Positions 1 through 10,777 of a DNA stretch of 29,320 bases are shown piece by piece. The number at the start of each line of letters is the position of its first letter. Positions within the stretch are counted from its first letter, which is position 1. Below the pieces are notes generated by a model. That model was not told where the DNA came from, did not search any database, and saw only the letters and a list, made by a program, of their open reading frames with translations. This DNA is from Vicugna vicugna (taxonomy: Eukaryota), in contig MU058788.1 in NCBI GenBank assembly GCA_013265495.1, positions 124,001 to 153,320 on the forward strand, in the 5' to 3' direction. A program made the translations under genes and the position numbers.

Positions 1-97
1 GTAGGATGGGGTAGTAATAGCGTCGTAAGGAAGATGAATGGGAGCACGGCGCCCAGGATGGGGCTCGGCACCCAGTTAGTGCCCCGTGAGCGTGAGC
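1..97 (+). mobile_element. MIR 3' fragment (degenerate)
   Basis: GTAGGATGGGGTAGTAATAG...GGCACCCAGTTAGTGCCC resembles the MIR core and 3' end. Confidence 0.4.
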
Positions 98-240
98 CCA
101 CGGGAGGTGCTCCCCCCGCTCCTCATTCCACACTAGGAGCAGGTAATGAGCATGGAAATTTGCAGTTTTTGGTGGAGAGTCCAGAATGACCTTTGTGAAT
201 GACCACCTAGAAACATATTCTTGGATTTTTATGACATTGT

Positions 241-480
241 GAGAATCAGGCTCTTGTAACTTGGTTCAGACTGGGCCCTGGGGTGCCATTCCCATTCTGA
301 TTTATAAAGGGCCACCTTGAACTGCTTGCCCGCTGTGCGGCCTGGACAATTTGCTCATCCTCTCTGATCTTCTGTGTTCCCACTGTCAGATAGGAATTAT
401 AAAATGGCACGGTTGTTGCTGGGATGAGAAGGTACCCATATGCAACGCCTGGTGCCAAGGAGGCGTTCCTAAGTAGACTT
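241..480 (+). mobile_element. MIR (degenerate)
   Basis: CCTGGACAATTTGCTCATCCTCTCTG...TTCCCACTGTCAGATAGGAATTATA...GGTTGTTG resembles the MIR core. Confidence 0.5.
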
Positions 481-1374
481 AGCACCCTCTCTCCTGCTGG
501 GACTTCGCGATGCCCTGGTCGTATGGCGGGTCCTCCTCTCTGGCCTTAGTTTCTTGGTGGGCACGGTTCATCGGGAGGGGGAAGGCAGGTAAAGGGGTGT
601 TACAGATGGAGTGTTACAGTCCATCTTGTTTGTGTGAAGACGGAAACATTTATTTCCTAAGAAAACATTTCTGGTTGGCTTGTACATGTCAGTTTGGTGA
701 ACACTACAGCAAATGCCTTGATTCTTACAAGTAGAAAATAAGACTAGAATCCTTGGCCCGCCAGCAATGTTCACTTTTGATTGTATCTTATTACAAAGTC
801 AAATGGTGTGGTGCATGAGCCATGGCGGGTAGTAGACCAGATGTCTGCAGGAGAGAGCGAGCCATTGGCCACAAGACGTTACAAGCAAGCTACAAAATAA
901 AAATTAATAAGCCTGGTTGAAAGTCTACACAGCATGACTCTGGTAGCCTCGTTACTTGCTGGATTTAGTGTTCACATGTTTCCTTATACTGAGAAAGCAG
1001 AGAGTAGGTCATATTCTCTCGCTGCCTCCTGGTTGCCAAGACTGCCTTGAGATCTCTGCCAAGAGTAAAGTGAAAGTTTGTCTATAGCCAAATAATCTCA
1101 AAGGCTAAATTATAAATTGACTTTGAAATTGTTTTGCAGCAAAAAGTATTTAAATCGAGATAAAGATGCATTTCAATACATTTGTTACGCTGTGGGATAG
1201 GATGTTCGAAAGTCACAGCACTTGGGGCAACTGGAGGCCTGAGAAGGGCTGGTGAAGGGGTGGGAGGGGTGGGACCTCGCAGGGCGGGGCATTCCTCGCC
1301 AGCACCCCGGGTCTGCACGGAGTAATCCTCGGGGTGCACGCCCCTCCCCGCCCCCATGATGTCCCTGATGGCCT

Positions 1375-1983
1375 TGGTGCAGGAAAAACGGATGTGGGGT
1401 TAAAGGAGAGCCGTGTCCCAGGTCTCGGTGGAGTCCCTGGGACGTGCCCCGCCAAGTGTGGGTCCTTGGCTTCGCGCAGGAAAGAATTCAAGAGTGAGTC
1501 ACAATTTAGTAAAGGTAGATTTATTTAGAGAGATACATCGAAAAGCAAGAGAAAGGCCATGAGGCGTGGGGGTTGGGTGCTCAGAGTAGACACTCCATGG
1601 ACAGAGTGCGGGCCGGCTCCAAGAAGAAGGGAGCGAGAGGCCGCCAGGTGTGGTGGTGCGAGTTTTTACGGGCTCGGTAGCTTCACACGCCTACAGGTGG
1701 GACCATTCCAACTACCCTGGGGAAGGGGCTGGGATCCCAGGAATTGGGCCCCTGCCCACTCTCTGACCTTTTGTGGCTAGCCTTGGGACTGTCATGGCGC
1801 CTGTGGACGTGTCATTTATCATGCTGATACATTACAGTGGGCGCATAACGAAGCTCAAGGTCTAGAAGTCAAACCTACCAACTTAATCCTCAAGGCCAAC
1901 TGGGGGTTGAATCGTCCACCACTTTGGTGTTAATTGCTGTCAGTCCTTGAACGGCTGTGCCTGCCCCCTTCCCTCCTGTCTCA
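1375..1983 (-). mobile_element. Solo LTR, ERV1 class (about 609 bp), antisense to GALNT2
   Basis: TG...CA termini (TGGTGCAGG...CTGTCTCA) flanked by an exact 4-bp TSD GCCT (1371-1374 and 1984-1987). Minus-strand AATAAA at 1520-1525; degenerate TATA-like element near 1662-1669. The motif CTTGGCTTCGCGCAGGAAAGAATTCAAG resembles MER4-group LTR sequence. Confidence 0.85.
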
Positions 1984-3165
1984 GCCTGGCTGGGATAAAC
2001 CAGCAGAAGCCACTGGAGGAAAAGCTGGCCTCCAGGAGAGGAAGTTAAGGCACAGTTTCTCTTTCATTGCTCTACCTTGGGAGTAAAAATGCAGATTTTT
2101 GGCAGAGCAAGTTGCTTTTGGGGAAAAAAATGTATGACTTGGCCCAGCCGCCAAGGATTACTCTTCCTGAGGATCTCACTTTACATTGTTGAGCCCAGAA
2201 CGTCCCCAGCCGCCCACTTCTGCACAACACGCAGCCCACGCTGGTCTGGAGGGAGGCTGGTGGAACAAACCCGAACAGAACTGGTGGGTTCCCCGCCCCT
2301 CTACCCCAGAGGGCTTGATGCTGCCAAGATCCTGATGGCATCTCCCCCGGAGAAGCGGCCAGCGGCCAGTGCTTGGCTCACACAAGTCCATGTGGGGAAA
2401 TTACTAGCCATGGGGTATTCCTGATGTGGGTCAGATACAGAAATCTTTCTTTTTGTATTTGCAGAAATCAGATCCCAAGTGGCTGAAAAGTATATTTAGC
2501 TCTGTGGTCATGGAGTTGTTATTTAGTTTGATTAATGTTGCTAGATTAGAGTAAGTTGTTTGCACAGATGAGTTGAATAAATTCTTCCAGAGCTTCTATC
2601 TTATTCTGGTTTCACATTAAGCCCTTAATTTGCAGCTCTGTTCCTTTGGCAGTCCTGTTAGGGTGAGCCAGGGGGAAACTTGGCCATCCTGTCCCCTCCC
2701 TTCCTCTGCTGTCATTCAGTGGAGTTAAATCATTTAACAATCTCTGGGAAGAGCTCCCTGGGGCCCCAAGGGCGAACCTGGTCCTGGGATGTCTGGAGCC
2801 CTACCCTGATTTTAATTTAACCACTATTGAATTCTTTTATTTAATTCGCCTTCCCTATCTCCCCTCCCCACCTTCACGGACCTTCAATGCCCTGGGAATT
2901 TCCACAGTATTTCTTTCCATAGATATGCAATATGAATAGAAAATGAAGAGAGAAATGCGAATCCTTCCATGGAAAGGTCATAGCCACACTTCTCTCCTTG
3001 TGTCTCCCACGCTGAGCGGTCTGGGGTGAGGTCCAGCAGGTGGGAGCAGTCTCGCCATCACTGCGTCCCCAGGGCCCACTGGCAGCAGACTTGGTGTTTA
3101 TTGAACTGATGATGGAGGCGTGCTTCAAGGTCCTGTCAACTCATTTGGTGTCTTTGCTCCCCCAG

Positions 3166-3259
3166 GAGGACTGGAATGAAATTGACCCGATTAAAAAGAA
3201 AGACCTTCATCACAGCAATGCAGACGACAAAGCTCAAGGCGTGGAGACCCTCCCCCCAG
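3166..3259 (+). CDS. GALNT2: GALNT2 internal coding exon (exon 2; luminal stem region), 94 bp, phase 0 start / phase 1 end
   Basis: Translates [31 protein letters not shown](G), matching recalled human GALNT2 [32 protein letters not shown]. Pyrimidine tract plus acceptor AG at 3164-3165; donor GT at 3260-3261 (CAG|GTACTG). Confidence 0.96.
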
Positions 3260-6200
3260 GTACTGCAGCAGCGGGCAGGGCCCCGGCCAGCCTCGGGCTG
3301 CTGGTGGTGGTGGGGACACTGTCTGGCCTTCTGATCGCAAGTATGCTGAATGTGGCATTTTGAGCACATGCTTGTGGGGTGGAGAATGGGTTTCCTAGGG
3401 TGATGTTTTGTTGTCCTTAGCGGGCAGTAGAATGAGTTTACTGGGAGGTGACCAGAATTTCTTGAAAGAAAAAAATCGAATGAAATAAAAAATACAGGAT
3501 GGTAGGTATTGGTTCATAGATTTTTTTTTTTTTAAACAGACTTGATTTTTTTTAGAGGAGTTTTAGGTTCTCAGCAAAACTGAGCAGAAAGCACACGGCT
3601 TTCCATGCACCGCTGCCCCCACACAGGCGCAGCCTCCCTGGCCGTCAGCATCCCACCAGAGTGCTGCATTTGTTACAGTCAGTGAACCAACACTGATACA
3701 TCGTCATCACACGAGCCGTAGTTTACACTGGGATTCACGCACGGCGTACATTCGGTGACATCAACCCAACACTACAGTATCACACAGAATAATTTCACTG
3801 CTTTCAGAATCCTCTGTGCTTCTCCTGTCCAGCCCTCCCTCCCCCCAATCCCTGGCAACCACTGATCCTTTGACTGTCTCCGTGGTTTTGCCTTTTCCAG
3901 AGTGTCACATAGTTGGAATCATATAGTACGCAGCCTTTTCAGACTGGCTTCTTTCACTTCGTAACGTGCCTCGGGTGTTAATCCACGTCTTTTCACGGAT
4001 TGCTAGCACTTTTGTTTTTAGTGCCACATAACATTCCACTGCGTGGATGTATCACAGTTTATTTACCCATTCACCTCCTGAAGGACATCTTGGTGGCTTC
4101 CAAATTTTGGCAGTTATGAATACAGCTGCTGTAAACATCTGTGTGCCAATCTTTAGTTCATCTGGTTAAATACCACGCAGTGTCCCTGCTGGATCACGTG
4201 GCAGGAATACATTTATTTTTACAAGAAACTGCCGAGCGGTCTTTCATTTTGCATGCCCCCCAGCAGTGGATGAGAATTCCTTCTCCTCCACGGCCTCACC
4301 AGCATGGGTGTTGCGTTGTTTTTCATTCTGGCCCCTCTAATAGGTTAGAAGTGGTAGCTCTTGTTGCTCTAATTTGCAGTAATAAGTGCTCACATGATAC
4401 TGAGCACTTTTTATGTGTTTAGCTGCCGTCTGTCAGACTTCTTTGTGTCTGGGTTGCTCAGGTCTTCTGCCCATGTTTTAATCAGGTTGCTCAGTTTCCA
4501 AATGCTGAGTTTTAAGAGTTCTTTGTGCATTTTGGACAACAGTCCTTTGTCAGATTATATCATTTGCAAATACTTTCTCTCAGTCTGTGGCTTGTCTTCT
4601 TCTTCTCTTGACAGTGTCTTCCCCAGAGCAGAAAATTTTAATTTTAATAAGGTTAAGCTTTATCAGTTCTTTCATTGATCATTGTGCCTTTGATGTATCT
4701 CAAAAGTCATCACCATACCCAAGGTCACCTAGAGTTTTTTCCTATGTTATCCTCTAGGAGTTTTATGATTTTGTGTTTTATATTTAGGTGTGTGATCCAT
4801 TTGAGTTAATTTTTAAGAAGAATGTTGAATCTGTGTCTAGATTTTTTCTTTTTCTTGCATGTGGCTATCCAGTTGTTCCAGTCCTGTTTGTTGAAAGGCT
4901 GTCTCTGTTCCATTAGATTGCCTTACTCCTTTGTAAAAATCAGTTGGCTATATTTATTTGGGTTTCTTTCTGGACCTTCTCTTCTGTTCCATGGATTCAC
5001 CTGTTTTTCCCCCAATACCTCATTGTCTTGACTGCTTTAGCTTTATATTAGGTCTTGAAGTTGAGTAATGTTACTCCTCCAACTTTGTTCTTCTCCTGTA
5101 TCCTGTGCCTTTTCTGGGTTTTTGTTGTTGTTGTTGTTTTGTTTTGTTTTGTTGTCTATTCCGTATAAACTTTACAGTCAGTTTGCTGATGCCCACAAAA
5201 TAACTTCCTGAGATTTTGATTTGGGTTGTGTTGAATTACAGATCAAGTTCATAAAAACTGACATCTTGACAATATTGTGTCTTCCTATCTGTGAACATGG
5301 AGTATCTCTCCATTTATTTAGTTCTTTTAAAATTTTTTCTTCAGAGCTTTATAGTTTTGCTCATAGAAATTTTATCCCTATTTTGTTAGACTTACACCAA
5401 AGTATTTCATTTTGAGGGGTGCTAATGTAAATGGTATTGTAGTTTCAATTTCACATTCTACTTGTTCATTGTTCATGTTTAGGAGAGCAATTGACTTCTA
5501 TATATTTTCCTTGTGTCCTGCAGCCTTGCTATAATTACTTGTTAGTTCCAGGAATTTTTTGTTGATTCTTTCAGATTTTCTATGTAGACAGTTGTCTTCT
5601 GCAAACAGAGACAGTTTATTTCTTCCTTCTCAATCTATATTATACCTTTTGTTTCCTTTTCTTGTCTTCTGCATCGTGTAGGACTTCTAGTATGACATTG
5701 AAAAGGATTGGGAGGACATCATTGCCTTGTTTTTAGCAGGACAGCCTCTAAGTATTAAGAGATTGTTTCTCACCATTAAGTATGATGTTAGCTGTATGTC
5801 TTTTGTAGATGTTCTTTGTCAAGTTGGGGAAGTTTCCCCATTGTTGCCAGTTTGCTGAGAGTTTTTATCATGAATGTGTGTTGAAATTTGTCAAATGCTT
5901 TTCTTGACATCTATTAATATGGTCATGTGATTTTTTCCCCCTTTAACTATTTAATGTGGTGAATTACATTCATTGACTTTCATATGTTGAACCAATCGTG
6001 CATACGTGGAATGAATCCTATGTGGTCATGGTGTATAATTATTTTTATACGTTGTTGGATTCAGTTTGCCAATATTTTGTTGAGGGTTTTAGAGATAAGA
6101 GATACTAGTTTATAGTTTTCTTTTCTTACAGTATTTTTGTCTGTTTTGTTATTAGGGTAATGTTGGCCTCATAGAAAAAGTTAGGAAGTATTCCTTCTGC

Positions 6201-6402
6201 TTCTATATTCTGGAAGAGATTATAGAGAATTAGTATAACTTCTTCCTTAACTGCTTGGTGGAATTCATCAATGAAACCATCTGGGCCTGGTGCTTTTTGT
6301 TTTGGAAGGTTAATTATTGATTCAATTTTTTAAAATTAGGTACAGGCCTATTGAAATTGTTTGGTTTTGACTGACTTTTGGTGTCTTTCAAGAAATTGGT
6401 CA

Positions 6403-6564
6403 GGGGAGGGTGTAGCTCAAATGGTAGAGTGTGTGCTTAGCATGCATAATGTCCTGGCTTCAACCCCCAGTACCTACATTAAAAAAAAAAACCTAATAAT
6501 AAATAAGTAAATAGATCTAATGACCCCCCCACCCAAATTTTTTTTTAAAAAAGATATAGAAAAA
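6403..6564 (+). mobile_element. tRNA-Ala-derived SINE (camelid Vic-1-like), nested in the old L1
   Basis: GGGGAGGGTGTAGCTCAAATGGTAGAG (A box), GCTTAGCATGC anticodon arm (AGC), degenerate B box and A-rich tail; TSD AAATTGGTC at 6393-6401 and 6565-6573. Confidence 0.88.
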
Positions 6565-7659
6565 AAATTGGTCTATTCATCTAGGTTATCAAATTTTCAG
6601 GCTGAGAGGTGTCCATGGTATTGTTTATTATTCTTTTAATGTCCATGGGATCTGTACTGATGTCCTTTCTCTCATTTCTGATATTCTGATCTGTGTCTTC
6701 TCTCTTTCTCTTTCTTTTTTTAATTAACCTGGCTTGTGGCTCATTTATTTTGTTGATCTTTTCAAAGAACTAGTTTTGAGGGGTTTTTTTTCTATGTCTT
6801 AGATGTCTGTTGTAATTTTTATTATTTATTTTCTTCTGTTTACTTAGGATTTATTCTGCTCTGCTTTCTTCTAGTTTTCTGAAACAGAAGCTTAGATGAC
6901 TGATTTCAGGTCTTCCCTCTTTTCCCATATTGCACTCAGTGCTGTCAGTTTCCCACCAAGCGCTGATCTCACTGCATTACACAAGTTTTGATAAGTTGTA
7001 TTTTCGCTTTAGTTCAAACGTTTTTTAATTTCTCTGAGATTATTCTTTGACCCGCTGTTATTTAGAAGTATGTTGCTTAATATCCAATTATTTGGGGATT
7101 CTCCAGCTATCTTTGTTAACTGATTTTTAGTTCCACTGTGGTCTGAAAGCAGATGCTGTGTGATTTCTATTCTTTTAAATGTGTTAAGGGGTGTTTTATG
7201 GCCCAGAATGTTGTCTATCTTGGTAAATGTTCCAATGTGAACTTGAGAAGAATGTGTATTCGGCTGCTGTTGGCTGAAGTAGTCCATAGATGTCATTTCC
7301 ATCCAGTTGGTGGATGGTAGTGTTGAGTTCAACTGCGTCTTAACTGATTTCCTGCCTGCTGGATCTGTCCATTCCTGAGAGAGAGGTGATGAAGTCTTTA
7401 GCAATAACAGTGGCTTCATCTGTTTGGCCTTGCAGCTCTGTCGGTTTTTGTCTCATGTGTTTTAATGCTCCCGATAGGTGCATACACATTAAGGATTCTT
7501 ATATCATCTTGGAGAATTGACCCCTTTATCATTATGCATTGCCCTTCTTTATCCCTGGGAACTTCCTTGGTGTGAAGTTTGCTCTGTCTGAAGCTAATAC
7601 AGCTCCTCCTGCTGTCTTCTGATAGCATTACGATGATACCTCTTTCTCCATCCCTTGAC

Positions 7660-8588
7660 TTTTTTTTTTTTCAATTGAAGTACAGTCAATTACACTGTGT
7701 CAATCTCTGGTGTACAGCACAACGTTCCAGTTATGCGTATACATATGTATTCATTTTCATATTTTCTTCACTAAAGGTTATTACAAAATATTTAACATAG
7801 TTCCATGTGCTGTACAGAAGAAATTTTTTTAAAGTCTATTTTTATATATAGTGGTTAACATTTGTAAATCTCAGACTCCCAAATTTATCCCTTCCCACTT
7901 CCCTTCCCCGGTAACCATAAGATTGTTTACTATGTCTGAGTCTCTTTCTGTTTTGTAGATGAGTTCCTTTTTTTTTTTAAGATTCCACATATGAGTAATA
8001 TATGGCATTTTTCTTTCTCTTTCTGTCTTCCTTCACTTAGAATGACTATCTCTAGGTCCATCCATGTTGCTGCAAATGGCATTACTGTACACTTTTTATG
8101 GCTGAGTAGTATTCCATTATATAAATATACCACAACTTCTTTATCTAATCATCTGTCGATCGACATTTAGGCTGTTTCCGTGTCCTGGCTATTGTAAATA
8201 GTGCTGCTGTGAACATTGGGATGCATGTATCTTTTTAAATTAGAGTTCCCTCCAGATATATGCCCAGAAGTGGGATTGCTGGATCATATGGGAGGTCTAG
8301 TTTTAAGTATTTTTGAGGAACCTCCATACTATTTTCCATCATGGCTGCACCAGTGAAGACATACAAATAGTCAATGGGCACATGAAAAAAAATGCTCAAT
8401 ATCACTAATTATCAGAGAAATGCAAATCAAAACTATAATGAGGTATCACCTCACACCAATCAGAATGGCCATCATTCAAAAGTCCATGAACAATAAATGC
8501 TGGAGAGGGTGTGGAGACAAGGGAGCCCTCCTGCACTGCTGGTGGGAATGCAGTTTGGTGCAGCCATTATGGAAAACAGTATGAAGAT
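7660..8588 (-). mobile_element. Younger 5'-truncated L1 (cetartiodactyl/camelid type) with a 5' inversion, nested in the old L1 endonuclease region
   Basis: Poly-T, 3' UTR and ORF2 C-terminus (MPFAATWMDLEIVILSE) on the minus strand to about 8352. From about 8354 to 8591 the sequence is plus-strand ORF2 ([21 protein letters not shown]). TSD TCCATCCCTT(G/T)ACTT at 7647 and 8589; TTTT/AA endonuclease site at 8602-8607. Confidence 0.9.
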
Positions 8589-10576
8589 TCCATCCCTTTA
8601 CTTTTAATCTATATATGTCTTTATATTTAAAGTGGATTTCTTGTAGACGACATATAGTTTCTTGGGTCTTGTTTTTTGATCCATTTGGACTAGCTCTGCC
8701 TTTTAATTGGTGTATTTAGACCATTGACATGTAATGTGATTATTATTATAGTTGTATTAATGTCTACCATATTTGTTATTCTTTTCTTTTCCTTGCCCCT
8801 GTTCTGTGTTCTCATTTTTGTCTTCCACTTTTTCTGCCTTTTATAGTTTTAGTTGAGCATTTTATGTGATTCCATTTTTCTCTTTTTCACCCTTTTTTAA
8901 TGGTTGCCCTAGAGTTCGCAGTATGCATTTACAACTAATCTGAGTCTAATCTCAAACAACACTATCCGACCTCACAGTTAGCGCAAGGATCTTTCATCAA
9001 AATATCATTACTTTTTCCCTCCCATCCTTTGTATCATTGCTGTCATTCATTACACATGCGTCTTTCATGTACAAAAGCACATATAAGCAAACAGAATCAA
9101 GCACACTGTTGCTGTTGTGATTCTGAGCAAACTGTTATCTGTCAGGTCAATTAAGAATAAGAAAAATTGGAGTTGTTATTTTACCGTCAGTTACTCTGAT
9201 GCTCTTCCTTCCTTTCTGGAGATCTGCGTTTCTGAACCCAATCATTTTCCTTCTCGCTGGAGAGCCTCTTGTAACGTTTCTTGCAAGGCAGGACTACTGG
9301 CAACAGAGTCCCTCAGTTTTTCCTCTTCACTTTCAAAGATTAATTTCACAGGGTGCAGAATTCTAGGTTGATGATTTTTTTTCTCTCAACACTTTAGATA
9401 CTTCATTACATTCCCTTCTTCTTTGCATGGCTTCTGTTGGATGTAATTCATATGTTTGTTTCTCTAGAGATGTTTTTTCCCCTCCATCTTCTTTCAGGAT
9501 ATTTTTTTTTTCGTTATCATTAATTTTCTACAGTTTGAATGTGTTATGCTTGGGTGTAGTTTTTTATTCCTTATCCTACTTTGTGTTCTCTCAGCTTCCT
9601 GGGCCTGTGGTTTGGTGTCTGGCATTAATTTGAGGAAATTGTCAGTCATCGTCGCTTTTCAAATATTTCTTCTATTGTTTCCGCTTCTCCTTCTGGTATT
9701 CCCAGGTGTTATACCCTTTGTAGTTGTCCAGCAGTTCTTGGGTATTCTGTTCCACTTTGTTCTAGGGTTTTTTTCCCCTCAGTCTTTTTTTAATCTTTGC
9801 TTTTCATTTTGGAAGTTTCTCTTGTCATATCCTCAAGCCCTGAGATGTCCAGTCTCCTAATGAGCCCATCAAAGCCAGTCTTCATTTCTGTTAGTGCTTT
9901 GATCTCTGGCATTTTAAAAAACAATTCTTTCTTAGCATTTGCATCTCCCTGCTTACATTGTTCATTTACCCATATTGTCTACTTTTGTCATTAGAGCTTT
10001 TAACATATTAATCGTAGTTGTTTTAAATTCTGGCATCCTACCAGGTCTGAGTCTGGTTGTTGACGCTTTTTTTGTGTCTTCAAACTGTACTTTTTGCCTT
10101 TTAGTGTGCTTTGTAATTTTTTCTTCAAAGCCAGATACAATGTCTTGGATAAAAGAACTCCAGTAACCAGGCCTTTGGTGATGTGATAGGGTGTTGGGGA
10201 GGGGAAGCACGCTGTAGTTATGTGACAGGTCTGTCTTCCAGGGAGTCTGCGCCCTGGGCTGCCAGCGTCACAAATGCATCTCAGTTGTCCTCCCACTTGG
10301 TCGGACAGGATGGTTAGAGTCGATGGGAGCTGGGGATGTCCCTTCCTCCAGGTTGCTTAGGCTCTGCTAACAGCCAGTAGGTCAGGTGTCTGGAGGGCAG
10401 GCTTACTGACAACAGAGCTCTCTGGCTATTTCAAGGCGCCTCCTTTTCCCTCCCTCCCCTGCTGAAAACATGCAGGGATCTGTCTCCCGTAGTCGCTGTG
10501 GGAAACCTGGTTAGGCTCCCGGAGGTAAAGCTCACAGAAGTGTGGCGGCTCCTGTAACTGTTGCCCTGGAGTTTTT

Positions 10577-10777
10577 TGGGGTTTTTTTAATATGTATTTT
10601 TATTGAAGTGTAGTCAGTTTGCAATTTCTGGTGTGCAGCACGGTGCTCCAGTCATACGTGAACATACATGTATTCATTTTCATATTCTTTTTCACCATAA
10701 GTTACTACAAGATACTGAATACAGTTCCCTGTGCTGTACAGTGTGAACTTGCCACTTACCTGTTTCATATGTAGTAG
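10577..10777 (-). mobile_element. Short L1 3' tail (about 200 bp) nested in the old L1 5' region
   Basis: T-rich tail plus TTTATTGAAGTGTAGTCAGTTT...GTTCCCTGTGCTGTACAG, homologous to the copies at 7660, 13946 and 27207. Boundaries approximate. Confidence 0.85.

Noticed and set aside
1240..1374. Alternative LTR boundary at 1240 (TGAGA...TCTCA inverted termini)
   Set aside because: The flanking GCCT would overlap the terminal TG. The 1375 boundary gives both a clean TG and an exact TSD, so 1240 is less parsimonious.
3040..3165. ORF 3040-3363 (and likewise 22772-23062) as stand-alone genes
   Set aside because: They are GALNT2 internal exons extended into intron; homology starts exactly at the splice acceptors.
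7009..7628. ORFs with endonuclease motifs as a novel nuclease/RT system
   Set aside because: Frameshifted, stop-interrupted LINE-1 ORF2 remnants.
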